Of a stretch of DNA of 64,000 nucleotides, positions 1 through 10,019 are shown in pieces (the stretch's first letter is position 1; the number at the start of each line of letters is the position of its first letter). Location of the stretch: the IMG/VR virus record IMGVR_UViG_3300010885_066780, one strand, 5' to 3'. The notes under the pieces are model-generated. The model did no database searches and was not told the DNA's origin. It was given only the letters and a program-made list of their open reading frames with translations. The position numbers were made by a program, and so were the translations under genes. Origin of the DNA: an uncultured virus (IMG/VR IMGVR_UViG_3300010885_066780). Lineage: Duplodnaviria; Heunggongvirae; Uroviricota; Caudoviricetes.

Positions 1-6
1 ACCGCA

Positions 7-3000
7 ATGGATACTGCGACAATTTCTACTTTGGATTTCGACAGACCAGTATTGAATTCTACTGTAATACCATTCACATCTAATGCAAGCACCGTAAGTA
101 CTCAATATGATGGTTGGCAACAAAATTATTTGTCTAACCCTGGGTTAATTAGAAATATACAAACTCAGTTGGTTTTTGATAGGATATCTGCAACTACTGG
201 GGGTGCTGCAACTAGGATTGCTGATTTTTATTGGCCAACTGAAACACAAATTCCCAAGGATGATCCCAATCTAATAAGCGGGGTTGCTTATCGAGGAACT
301 GTATTGGACCAAACACCACTAAATTATGAAACTGGCTGGTCTGTTGCTCCTTGGGATCAATTTGGATGGGATGCCACCCAACAAGATATTGATGCATATA
401 TTGATCTAGCTATCCAAGCAGGTGTTCCGCCAGTTTATAATATATTTTATGGAACAGGATCACAAAAAATATTCGGGTTAAGTTATTCTCCACAGGATAT
501 TACTAAAACTGCGGTTTGGGCAGACGGCCAATTAAAAGAATATATTACTGATTGGATAATACCCGCATCCGCTTCATCAATAACGATTGTTGATGCTGGT
601 ATTGGATATGCGGTTGGAGATCGTTTAACAATTTCAGGCGTGGTTGGTCCAGTGGCAATTGAAATTGAGGTCACTCAAATAGATTCAATTGGGGCTATAC
701 AATCTGTTGAAATAATAAATGCTGGGTCAGTGACTGAACTTACATATGTAACTGAATGGACAGCTACTAACTTAATTGGTACAGGTACAGACGCGGCCTT
801 CTTTATTAATTGGTTGGCTAATCAACTGGTATTCAATGATGCCCCAGGGGCATCAAATAAACCAAACATTTATGTGTTGTTTGCTGGTACAACATTTGAA
901 TCTGCACCTACCAACGCAAGTGATGTAATCTATGATGGTTCTGGACTAGTACAGCCTATTACTGATTCAAATCATCCTGAAGAATTATATCCTTGTAGAG
1001 TGTTTAATGCCGTTTCGATTGATTGTTATCAAATTGCAGCGCCCGGGGCAACTCCAATATATTCAGAATATATTGAACTTGACGGGTCAACTGATCAATT
1101 TACATTGCCATTTAAACCACAAAATATCGCAGCAGTTTTAGTATTCTATAATGGCACACTGTTGCAATATGGTACTATGCATGATTATGTGGTAAACTTC
1201 GAAACCAACCAATTGGTTCTAACACACCGTCTGACAACTGGTAAGTTGGCCATTGTTGCATATGGTAATGGTGGTTCAGGTTCCGGTTTCACTGAAATAT
1301 ATGCAACACAATCTGGTAGTGATTATCAAATTGGCGACACTATATTAATTGGTGGCGGACTCCAGATTAGACCAACTGAAATTCAAATCACTCGAATGCA
1401 AGCTGAATCAGTGAGTGTTGCATTTGGTGGATCTGGATATAAAATTGGAGATTTATTGATTGAAAACTCTGGTGAAACAATTGGAACTGGAATTAGTTTA
1501 AAGGTCGTGGCAGCTGGCGTTCGAGGCAATATTACACAAGTAGAAATTATATCTCCGGGAAATTATATTCAATTACCTGCCATTACTTCATATGTTACAA
1601 CTGGCACTGGATCAGGAGTTGTCATACATCCGAATTGGCAAATAAAAGAATGTAGAGTTTTGGATACTGGATTATATGTAGAAACTCCAGACCAATTAAC
1701 TCAAATATCTACTAGTGGACAGGGATCAGGCGCAGTATTTATTGGCTTGCGCTCTCGTATAATATCAGAAAAACATTTTATAGCAGATGGCACACCCCAT
1801 GCTTGGCAATTGTCTACTGATTCAATTGCAAACCAAGTACAGGTTACCGTAAATGGTGTAGAAACACTTGGCTTTGTAATTTCAAATAAAATCATTACTT
1901 TGAATACCATACCAACAGTTGGAAGTTTTGTTTCAATTGTTGTATTTGATTCAAACCAATTTAGTTTAATAACAGATACGGTATTCGTTGCTGAAAATTC
2001 AATTGAATTTTATACATTGGAACAACGACCCGGATCAATGTTACCTGTTTATCACAGCTTGTTGGTTATGAAAAATGGATTGCGAGTTACGCCTCCGCCA
2101 ATGGTAACATATTTTACTGATGGTATTCAAAGCGCATTCGTCGCTAGGAGTAATACGGTAACTGGCGTATACATTTCAGGTGTTCTAGTTTCAAATTATA
2201 GTCAAACTGGATCAACAGTTGAATTTGCTGTTGCCCCTGAGGCCGGACATGTGCTTACTATAGTAAGTATTGATCTTGGATCAACCTATAACTATCAAAT
2301 AACCAGTTTTGGTCTATTGGAATTACAGCATGTAACTTCAGGAGACCACTATATAGTGAAGACTTGGAAAGAAGATTCACAAATCGGTTTCATAACAGAA
2401 CATTGGGCAGGAACAGGCGGTAATTCATATGAACTGGCTTGCCTTCCCTGGGATGAAAATACAGTCATGGTCTGGCTAAATGGTATGTTGTTATCTCCAA
2501 TCATTGATTATAGAATAATTGGAAAACAGCTTTTATTAAGTGGTCAACAAAATGTGAATGATGAAATTGTAGTAACTTATAATAGATTGCCTCCAAATTC
2601 ACCAGCTATTAACTGGAGACAATCAGTTAATAATTCTGAAAAAATAACATCACAGGCACTGAGTGCAATAAATCAAACGACAACTTTGTCAAATATACTA
2701 GTAAACAGTTCTACTATAGAAATTGCTGATATTACTTGTTTGTCTGCTCCTACTCTAGGAAAACCAAGTCAATGCTGGATAGGCCATGAACTTGTTGAAT
2801 TTTGGGATATGCGATTAGAGCCCAGCCTGTCTTATCCAAACAAAGGAGTATTATCAAATATTAAAAGAAATAGGCAAGGAACTAGTGGCACACCTACTGT
2901 GGATTATGATTGTCAGTTCTACAGCGGTAACGCTATAGACAAACAGTTTGCGTTGGGACAAGTTATAACTGATCAAATACCCGCAGTTTTTGTGGATGAT

Positions 3001-3297
3001 CAATTAAAAACTCCTGCTGTTGATTTTGATTTCGTTGTAGATGGGGGGATTGAATATGTGGAATTTGTTACTCCTCCAAACTGGGGACAACATAATATCA
3101 AAATTGTTACTCAAATTGCAGATAATGCAATCTCAGGACTATGTCATCCTGCAGGAGAAACGGTTGTTAGTGCAGCTATTGATCAATTGATTATACCAAA
3201 TTATGAATGGGAACCCACTCCATTTGGTCTACAAAGAAGCAATTCACCACAAGCGGTCTTTTTAAGGAACCACAGGAGTAATTATGAAGGCGACTGA
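7..3297 (+). CDS. Large virion structural protein (baseplate wedge/tail-associated), probably 5'-truncated by the window edge
   Basis: 1096-aa Thr/Ser/Gly-rich ORF with GxGY repeats and repeated 'DG...F.L...V..NG..L....DY' beta-sandwich units typical of large-myovirus baseplate proteins. Confidence 0.7.
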   Translation: MDTATISTLDFDRPVLNSTVIPFTSNASTVSTQYDGWQQNYLSNPGLIRNIQTQLVFDRISATTGGAATRIADFYWPTETQIPKDDPNLISGVAYRGTVLDQTPLNYETGWSVAPWDQFGWDATQQDIDAYIDLAIQAGVPPVYNIFYGTGSQKIFGLSYSPQDITKTAVWADGQLKEYITDWIIPASASSITIVDAGIGYAVGDRLTISGVVGPVAIEIEVTQIDSIGAIQSVEIINAGSVTELTYVTEWTATNLIGTGTDAAFFINWLANQLVFNDAPGASNKPNIYVLFAGTTFESAPTNASDVIYDGSGLVQPITDSNHPEELYPCRVFNAVSIDCYQIAAPGATPIYSEYIELDGSTDQFTLPFKPQNIAAVLVFYNGTLLQYGTMHDYVVNFETNQLVLTHRLTTGKLAIVAYGNGGSGSGFTEIYATQSGSDYQIGDTILIGGGLQIRPTEIQITRMQAESVSVAFGGSGYKIGDLLIENSGETIGTGISLKVVAAGVRGNITQVEIISPGNYIQLPAITSYVTTGTGSGVVIHPNWQIKECRVLDTGLYVETPDQLTQISTSGQGSGAVFIGLRSRIISEKHFIADGTPHAWQLSTDSIANQVQVTVNGVETLGFVISNKIITLNTIPTVGSFVSIVVFDSNQFSLITDTVFVAENSIEFYTLEQRPGSMLPVYHSLLVMKNGLRVTPPPMVTYFTDGIQSAFVARSNTVTGVYISGVLVSNYSQTGSTVEFAVAPEAGHVLTIVSIDLGSTYNYQITSFGLLELQHVTSGDHYIVKTWKEDSQIGFITEHWAGTGGNSYELACLPWDENTVMVWLNGMLLSPIIDYRIIGKQLLLSGQQNVNDEIVVTYNRLPPNSPAINWRQSVNNSEKITSQALSAINQTTTLSNILVNSSTIEIADITCLSAPTLGKPSQCWIGHELVEFWDMRLEPSLSYPNKGVLSNIKRNRQGTSGTPTVDYDCQFYSGNAIDKQFALGQVITDQIPAVFVDDQLKTPAVDFDFVVDGGIEYVEFVTPPNWGQHNIKIVTQIADNAISGLCHPAGETVVSAAIDQLIIPNYEWEPTPFGLQRSNSPQAVFLRNHRSNYEGD

Positions 3298-3427
3298 TTC
3301 GGAAGATAAATATGAAACAACAGAAGAACACACTGAACCTGATGATACATCTGCCATTGTTATATTTGGTAATATCGTAATACGAGATGTTGAAACTGGT
3401 GAAATTGTAATGAAACAGAGATTTTAG
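3284..3427 (+). CDS. Small hypothetical virion-module protein (47 aa, not in ORF track)
   Basis: MKATDSED...GNIVIRDVETGEIVMKQRF; GGAG upstream; resembles the N-terminus of the next gene (GHVLIRDVNTAEILVDKR). Confidence 0.65.
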   Translation: MKATDSEDKYETTEEHTEPDDTSAIVIFGNIVIRDVETGEIVMKQRF

Positions 3428-3435
3428 GACACAGA

Positions 3436-4026
3436 ATGATAAATTTTATTGATACTGCTATACAGGGACATGTGTTAATTCGTGATGTCAACACTGCTGA
3501 AATACTAGTAGATAAACGCAATGCTATCAACTATGAAAATTTCAGTATCAGTATGGCTAGGACATTGGCTAACCGTCCCGATGGCTGGATTCAAGAAATG
3601 GTATTTGGTAATGGTGCTGCCACTGTCAGTGGAACAGGCACGATTATTTACTTACCTCCTAATACAATTGGACAAACGGCGCAGCTTTATAATCAAACCT
3701 ATTATAAAAATGTTAATGATTTAAGTGCGTTGAATGTTGATCCAACAAAAAACTTTATCACGGTTGCGCATACAGCAGGAACAACTTATACAGACATTGT
3801 TGTGAATTGTCAATTGGGACAATCTGAACCAACTGGACAGGAAGCATTTGATACAAATACTGACCTGTCGGGTGATTATGTTTTTAATGAATTGGGATTG
3901 AAAGCATTCAGTAGCAATGGTGCAAACACAGGACGGTTGCTGACGCATGTTGTATTTTCACCTGTTGCAAAAACCCTGAACAGGCAGCTAGCGATTGAGT
4001 ATACTATTAGGATCCAGACTGCCTAA
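3436..4026 (+). CDS. Putative baseplate/tail structural protein
   Basis: 'FNELGL...LLTHVVFSPVAK...IEYTIRI' motif typical of tail-collar/baseplate proteins; structural gene context. Confidence 0.6.
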   Translation: MINFIDTAIQGHVLIRDVNTAEILVDKRNAINYENFSISMARTLANRPDGWIQEMVFGNGAATVSGTGTIIYLPPNTIGQTAQLYNQTYYKNVNDLSALNVDPTKNFITVAHTAGTTYTDIVVNCQLGQSEPTGQEAFDTNTDLSGDYVFNELGLKAFSSNGANTGRLLTHVVFSPVAKTLNRQLAIEYTIRIQTA

Positions 4027-4374
4027 TTTGAGTTTCTTTTTCCCAATAGGCTTTGACACTGGGATCCAAAATGTCTTCGGGAATTGAAAATATCGCATTC
4101 AGGTTTTGTCGCACGGCAGCAGCCTGTATCATGGGCAATGGGTAATCAATACATTGTATCAACAATCCGTCTTGTTGAACAACATACATTGTATCAACAA
4201 TCCGTCTTGTTGAACAACATATAGTTGAACCTCTAAGCTTGGATGTCTAATACATCGGATAGCAAGCCAGTTAAACTTAACTGCCACCAACTGAATCTTA
4301 GTACTAGGATTCGATATTTCTCGTATACCCCAAGGGTAGTTTTCCACCAAATCAATCTGTTCTTCTTCAGTCAT
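4007..4374 (-). pseudogene. Helical-repeat (QLxAVxQN) protein frameshifted by a 35-bp tandem duplication
   Basis: ORFs 4159..4374 and 4007..4189 join in frame if one copy of the duplication is removed. Confidence 0.8.
4151..4220. repeat. Perfect 35-bp tandem duplication
   Basis: acattgtatcaacaatccgtcttgttgaacaacat at 4151-4185 and 4186-4220. Confidence 0.95.
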
Positions 4375-4412
4375 TTAAATACCAAAATAATTTCCATATT
4401 CATAAAACAATT

Positions 4413-4442
4413 TTGACATCAAGTCAACTCTTTTTATAAAAT
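4413..4442 (+). promoter_or_regulatory. Sigma70-like promoter of the glycosylation cluster
   Basis: TTGACA-N18-TAAAAT ending 5 nt before the ATG at 4448. Confidence 0.55.
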
Positions 4443-4447
4443 AAATT

Positions 4448-5302
4448 ATGAAGCAAGATCTCGTAATCGGTTGCTACACCGGATATAACTGGCAGCAAAT
4501 ACAATATTGGGTAAACAGTTTAAATCAATCCGGATTTACTGGCAAAAAACTGATGATAGTCTATAATAGTCCAGCAGATCCAGTTGAACAACTATTGAAA
4601 TCGGGATTTGATGTTATCACATTTGATAGAAATCCCACAACAAATCAATTTACCTATCCCTATCAATTTCATATCGTAGTTCAAAGATTCTTTCACATGT
4701 GGGAATATTTGAATTCAATTGATTTATCCAATTATCGATACGTTATTACTACTGATGTACGAGATGTTGTCTTTCAATCTGATCCCAGCAGTTGGCTCAA
4801 TACCCATATGAATTTGGAACGAGAACATGTGCTGGTTTCTGGTGAAAGTTTAGCTTACCAGCATGAACCCTGGGGAGCAGACAACATGCAACATAGCTTT
4901 CCCTACTATTGGAGATTCATCCAATATAATCAAATTTGGAATTGTGGTGTGTTGGCAGGTAAAGCAGAATATATGAAAGACTTGTTTCTAAATATTTGGC
5001 AATTGTCACAAAGCAGTCCTATTCATAATCCAGACCAAGCTGCATTAAATTTGCTATTAAGTCAAAAACAATGGCGAACAATTACTAGGTTTGTATCTTC
5101 AGATGAAGGATGGGCTGCTCAATTGGGGACCACCATGGACCCCGCTAAAATCACTGATTTTAGAAATCACTTGTTGACATCAGAACCCATATACGTCAAT
5201 GGTGAAGTTAGAACTACTTCAGATCGCCTCTATCCCATAGTTCATCAATATGACAGAATACCTGAATTAAAATCCTACTTCGAGGCAAAGTATGCAGGTT
5301 GA
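4448..5302 (+). CDS. Glycosyltransferase (GT-A fold)
   Basis: 'TDVRDVVFQSDP' DxD-like motif, 'NCGVLAG', 'DQAALN', 'VHQYDR'. Confidence 0.8.
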   Translation: MKQDLVIGCYTGYNWQQIQYWVNSLNQSGFTGKKLMIVYNSPADPVEQLLKSGFDVITFDRNPTTNQFTYPYQFHIVVQRFFHMWEYLNSIDLSNYRYVITTDVRDVVFQSDPSSWLNTHMNLEREHVLVSGESLAYQHEPWGADNMQHSFPYYWRFIQYNQIWNCGVLAGKAEYMKDLFLNIWQLSQSSPIHNPDQAALNLLLSQKQWRTITRFVSSDEGWAAQLGTTMDPAKITDFRNHLLTSEPIYVNGEVRTTSDRLYPIVHQYDRIPELKSYFEAKYAG

Positions 5303-6275
5303 TTTAAATGCGTTGTTGAAACAACAAAATGAATATATCAATGGGGCAATTCCTCCAACAACATTTGAAAAAGACCGTTGTATAGTTACAACCTGTTATG
5401 ATCAGGAATTTGCTGGCTGTTGGGTATTATTAAAAGAACTAATAAGACTACATACCAATTTACCAATCTTAATTTATTATCGAGCTGGTGAATTAACTGA
5501 ACAACAAATCGTTTTTCTATCTGAAATATCAACGCAAATTGAAGTTAGGCAACTAAAAAGTAATATTAAAAACTTTATAGACAGGTATGGGCACTCAAAA
5601 GGTTGGGCCTGCAAAATATATGCGGTTCTTGAATCAACCGACTATGAACAAGTTCTTTGGTTGGATAACGACAGTATACCAATTAGGAATCCTGATTTTT
5701 TGTTTGATGATCCCGAATATCAAAACAAAGGCAGTTTGTTTTGGCGAGACTTGATGTCAACTGATCAAGCAAATGACTATTGCTGGACCAGTGATTTCTG
5801 GCGAGTATTTAATGTGGTACCAAATGATTCAGAATTATTTGACAGTGGTCAATTTTTTATCAACAAAACCAAATGTTGGCAAGAATTGCAACTAATGAAA
5901 TGTTATGCTGACAACAATCAAGTATATTTTAATTGGGGTGGTGACAAGGAATGTTGGAGAATGGCTTGGCAACATCTTCATCTCAGGCGCGGACTCGGTT
6001 TCAACCAACGTAATTTTCAAATCGGCGACACTCCCTATGGCATGATTGAGTGGGGTCCTTTTATGAAAGGTAATCCCAATCCCTATAAAAAATGGTCTGG
6101 TGGATCTATCATGGTACAGCGTGATAGACAGGGGCAGGAACTTTTCAATCATAGAACTATGGCCAAATTTAAATTAAATCAAACAAATGACTGGCATTCC
6201 AATATTCAAAATGAAACATGGTATCACAGTCATTTACAACAATTGGAATATAAATGGAACAATGTACAAAAATAA
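5292..6275 (+). CDS. Mannosyltransferase-like glycosyltransferase (GT71/MNN-like)
   Basis: 'KIYAVLES.YEQVLWLDNDSIP.RNP..LF', 'GSLFWRD', 'DSGQ..INK', 'GDKE.WR.AW'. Confidence 0.8.
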   Translation: MQVDLNALLKQQNEYINGAIPPTTFEKDRCIVTTCYDQEFAGCWVLLKELIRLHTNLPILIYYRAGELTEQQIVFLSEISTQIEVRQLKSNIKNFIDRYGHSKGWACKIYAVLESTDYEQVLWLDNDSIPIRNPDFLFDDPEYQNKGSLFWRDLMSTDQANDYCWTSDFWRVFNVVPNDSELFDSGQFFINKTKCWQELQLMKCYADNNQVYFNWGGDKECWRMAWQHLHLRRGLGFNQRNFQIGDTPYGMIEWGPFMKGNPNPYKKWSGGSIMVQRDRQGQELFNHRTMAKFKLNQTNDWHSNIQNETWYHSHLQQLEYKWNNVQK

Positions 6276-7399
6276 AATATCCCGACTATTGGAACATAAA
6301 ACGGAATACCCCTCGTCCAATTGAACTCCGCGTATTGGGGTTTAATGAACTCTACGATTGGGACACCCTTTGGTATGACGCAGTTCAAATCAATCCAACA
6401 ACCATTTTGTTGATTGGTCCTCCGCTTTATGATACCAAAGACTATATTCAAAAGCATTGCCAATTTCAGTCCAACAAAGAAAATTTAACGGTTGCATTTC
6501 ATGAATTAGATCGAGTATGTATCACGGTTGTTTCTACAAAAAATAATTTAGAGACTATTGATTTAATTACAGATTATTCCCGAATTTTGCATATTAAAGT
6601 AAATCCTACTCAATCAGACTTTTTTAATAAAAAAACAATAGTCACAATTTCACGTGATCATCCAGTGGATTGGTTGAAGCAGTGGATTGATTATCATAAA
6701 ACAGTTCATGGCATAGACGGGTTACTCCTATATAATAACAACAGTTCTATCTATTCATCTGAAGAACTTGAACAACAGATCAATCGACCGGACATGACAA
6801 TTCGAGTGGTTGATTGGCCCTACCCGTTTGGTGTGATGGGTGGTGGAAATTGGGAAGACAACGGAAAGTCTGGCACCTTCTTACCCTGGGATTCAGACTT
6901 CGCACAATACGTTATGTTAGAACACGCAAAATACCGTTATCTACATTCAGCTGAATTAGTTATTAATGCTGACACTGATGAATTACTGATTACTAAATCC
7001 ATGTCTCTACAACAAATATGTGATTATTCTAAAACCAGTGCCAATTCAGTTTGGTGTTATACTGGTACTTGGGTTGAACCTGTTGATATGACGACAAAAA
7101 CAATTGCAAAATCTCTGGATTTTCTAGAGAGACATTTTCAAAACTACTATTATACATCCAATGATAATCAACGGGGAATTGGTGTCAAATGGATGTTGAT
7201 ACCTAGCCGAAATTTAGAATATCAATGGCGCTTACATAATACAACTGGTCCGCATATGTTGACTAATGACATTGGATTTGGTCATTTTTTGGCAATGAAT
7301 ACCAGCTGGAGTTGGCCTCGTGATGGATATAACAAAAATATACAAGATTTGAAATTATTTGAAACAATGAAACAACATCTGGATCGGTGGAAAAAATGA
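6254..7399 (+). CDS. Glycosyltransferase (GT92/GT2-like)
   Basis: 'WIDYH...HGIDG.LLYNNNS' and 'NADTDELL' DxD motif. Confidence 0.7.
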   Translation: MEQCTKIKYPDYWNIKRNTPRPIELRVLGFNELYDWDTLWYDAVQINPTTILLIGPPLYDTKDYIQKHCQFQSNKENLTVAFHELDRVCITVVSTKNNLETIDLITDYSRILHIKVNPTQSDFFNKKTIVTISRDHPVDWLKQWIDYHKTVHGIDGLLLYNNNSSIYSSEELEQQINRPDMTIRVVDWPYPFGVMGGGNWEDNGKSGTFLPWDSDFAQYVMLEHAKYRYLHSAELVINADTDELLITKSMSLQQICDYSKTSANSVWCYTGTWVEPVDMTTKTIAKSLDFLERHFQNYYYTSNDNQRGIGVKWMLIPSRNLEYQWRLHNTTGPHMLTNDIGFGHFLAMNTSWSWPRDGYNKNIQDLKLFETMKQHLDRWKK

Positions 7400-8052
7400 A
7401 AATAGCAGTAACGAGTTTGCATGATCACAATTATCAAATCATGGCTGACATTACATGGAACCAAAATAAGTTGCTCTATTGTGAGAAATGGGGCTATGAA
7501 TCTTTTCTAAAAACCAAGGATTTTGATCCCGCTATACCAATTGGTTTTGAAAAAATTGTGCTAATTAAAAAGGTAATGGAACTTGGGTTGCATGATTGGA
7601 TATATTGGGCAGGTTGTGATACGCTGATCACAAATTTCCTAATACCACTTACCAATTTTTGTTATCCCGAAAGCCATTTTGTCATAGCAACTGATTTCAA
7701 CAATTTAAATGCTGACAGTTTTCTTATTCGGAATTCCATGGAAGGCCGCGCATATATTGACATGATTTTGCGAAAGCTTCCTGAATATCGAAATAACAAC
7801 TTGTATGAACAGGGTGTTATGATTGATACATATCAAGAATATAGGCACATAATAAAGATTGTTCCGCAAGCATTTTTAAACTCCTATCAATATGATCTCT
7901 ATTGCCCACACAAAGGAGCCAAAAATTCAAATGATTGCATGGGACTTTCAGGTGATTGGCAACCAGGACATTTCCTACTTCATTGTCCAGACCAACAAAA
8001 ACAATTGAGAATAAATTTGTTTAAAGAATATCTTCCTCGAGTAATCAAATGA
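7387..8052 (+). CDS. Glycosyltransferase (GT34, GMA12/MNN10-like)
   Basis: 'NKLLYCEKWGY', 'DWIYWAGCDTLITN', 'LNADSFLIRNS', 'EQ', 'WQPGHFLLH'. Confidence 0.8.
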   Translation: MEKMKIAVTSLHDHNYQIMADITWNQNKLLYCEKWGYESFLKTKDFDPAIPIGFEKIVLIKKVMELGLHDWIYWAGCDTLITNFLIPLTNFCYPESHFVIATDFNNLNADSFLIRNSMEGRAYIDMILRKLPEYRNNNLYEQGVMIDTYQEYRHIIKIVPQAFLNSYQYDLYCPHKGAKNSNDCMGLSGDWQPGHFLLHCPDQQKQLRINLFKEYLPRVIK

Positions 8053-8885
8053 AAGTTTTTATTACAGGTGCGTCAGGCTTTATTGGTAAAACATTGGCCA
8101 ATTATTATCGTCCTTGGTATGTTGTTAAAGAATTTGTTCGTGGGCAAGATATTGAATCCGAGTTAAAAGCATTCAATCCCAACGTGATCATAAATTGTGC
8201 AGCAGATATTTACAATGAAGAAAATATGTGGGTCAGTAATGTTGAATTAGTTTACAAGATTTTAGAATATGCTCGCAAAGCGGGTGTGGATCGAATCATA
8301 CACTTGGGAAGCAGCAGCGAATATGGTAGGAAAACAGTTCCGTCGGCAGAAAAAATGGTGCTTGAACCACAGACAATTTATGAAGCAACCAAAGCAGCAG
8401 CAACGCAATTATGTTTAGGATACGCACATACACATAAAATTCCAGTAGTAGTTGCTAGGCCATATAGTGTATTTGGTCCATTGGAAAAACCACACCGATT
8501 ATTCCCCCGATTGGCGAATGCATTTTTAAACAATCAGTCTATGACTCTAAATCAAGGATATCATGATTTTATTTATATTGATGATTTTGTTGCTGGAATA
8601 GACACCCTGTTTTGTTCAAATGAAGATACTATACGTGGAGATATTGTGAATTTTGGTAGTGGTATTCAAACATCCAATTTTGAAGTATTGCAAATATTCC
8701 GAAAAATATGTAATATAGAGGGTGCGGTTGAAATCAAGGAATCATTTGCAAAATCATTTGAATCTCAAGTTTGGGTATGTGACACACAGCATGCCAAAGA
8801 ACGTTATGGTTTTGAAACACGTATTACATTAGAAGCTGGAATTGAAAAATTAATTGAGTATCATAGGAGTAGCCCTTTTGACTAA
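8049..8885 (+). CDS. NAD-dependent nucleotide-sugar epimerase/dehydratase
   Basis: 'TGASGFIG' Rossmann motif, 'SSSEYG', YxxxK ('YEATK'), 'DFIYIDD'. Confidence 0.9.
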   Translation: MKVFITGASGFIGKTLANYYRPWYVVKEFVRGQDIESELKAFNPNVIINCAADIYNEENMWVSNVELVYKILEYARKAGVDRIIHLGSSSEYGRKTVPSAEKMVLEPQTIYEATKAAATQLCLGYAHTHKIPVVVARPYSVFGPLEKPHRLFPRLANAFLNNQSMTLNQGYHDFIYIDDFVAGIDTLFCSNEDTIRGDIVNFGSGIQTSNFEVLQIFRKICNIEGAVEIKESFAKSFESQVWVCDTQHAKERYGFETRITLEAGIEKLIEYHRSSPFD

Positions 8886-9537
8886 ACAATCTGATCCATT
8901 TGTTATGAGACGATTAAAAGCTCGTGCACTGGAATTGACATTCACCCACAAATTAAGTCATTTAAGCTCGGTGTTGAATGCAATTCCGGTATTGTATGAT
9001 ATCTACAAAACTGATCTGGATGCCATTTGTATTTTGAGTGCTGGGCATGCAGGATTAGCGCAATATGTGGTTTTAGAACATTTTAAGAATGTTGATGCTG
9101 AGGAACTTCTCAACAGGCATGGAATACATCCCAGTCGAGATGTCAAAAATCATATCTATTGTTCAACTGGAAGCTTGGGATCAGGTTTGCCTATTGCAGT
9201 TGGATTTGCTATTGCCAATCCAGCGAAGAAAATTTATTGTCTAATGACAGATGGTGAATGTGCAGAAGGCAGTATTTGGGAATCACTTCGTTTTATCAAT
9301 GTCAAGGCAATTGGTAACTTGATGCCTATTGTGATTATAAACGGGCAGTCAGCATATGAATATCTGAGTCTCAGCTATTTGGAAAGTCGATTACAAGCTT
9401 TTTTACCACGTATTAAAATAGAACTCGCAAGTTCATATCTAACAGAAAACATCAATGGCCTGTTAAGTCATTATAGAGTAATGGACCAAACAGATTATGA
9501 CCGAATGAAATATTTGATTGAAACAGGTGTCTTATGA
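8854..9537 (+). CDS. Transketolase-like N-terminal (TPP-binding) subunit
   Basis: 'LSAGHAG', 'STGSLGSGL', 'DGECAEGSIWE...N' TPP motif; start codon uncertain. Confidence 0.85.
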   Translation: MSIIGVALLTKQSDPFVMRRLKARALELTFTHKLSHLSSVLNAIPVLYDIYKTDLDAICILSAGHAGLAQYVVLEHFKNVDAEELLNRHGIHPSRDVKNHIYCSTGSLGSGLPIAVGFAIANPAKKIYCLMTDGECAEGSIWESLRFINVKAIGNLMPIVIINGQSAYEYLSLSYLESRLQAFLPRIKIELASSYLTENINGLLSHYRVMDQTDYDRMKYLIETGVL

Positions 9538-10019
9538 GAAAACTATTTGCTGAATTACTAAAAGAACAAATGGCAGTGAATCCTGACATTTACTTGATCA
9601 CAGGCGATTTGGGGTTTGGCTTGTTTGATGATATTCGAGACTCTTTTCCTGATCGGTTCTACAATACTGGTTCAGCAGAACAATTGGCTGTAGGATTGTC
9701 AGTTGGCCTTGCTCTAAATGGTAAATTACCTGTTGTTTACAGTATTACGCCATTCCTGCTCTATCGACCATTTGAATTTATTAGAAACTATGTGAATTAC
9801 GAATCAATCCCTGTTAAGTTAGTTGGTAGTGGGCGCGATCAAGATTATGCACATGATGGATTCAGTCATTGGGCCAGTGATGATCGAGAAATATTAGCAG
9901 CAGCTTTCAAAAATGTGCGGGGATATTGGCCCAACTCCAAACAGGAATTGTCTGACATGTTTTTTGGTTTTATGTATGATAATAAACCCAACTATCTGAA
10001 TTTGTCGAGATCCCTCTAA
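9534..10019 (+). CDS. Transketolase-like pyrimidine-binding subunit (no C-terminal domain)
   Basis: 'TGDLG', 'FPDRFYN.G.AEQ', 'R.FEFIRN', 'G.SH'. Confidence 0.85.
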   Translation: MRKLFAELLKEQMAVNPDIYLITGDLGFGLFDDIRDSFPDRFYNTGSAEQLAVGLSVGLALNGKLPVVYSITPFLLYRPFEFIRNYVNYESIPVKLVGSGRDQDYAHDGFSHWASDDREILAAAFKNVRGYWPNSKQELSDMFFGFMYDNKPNYLNLSRSL

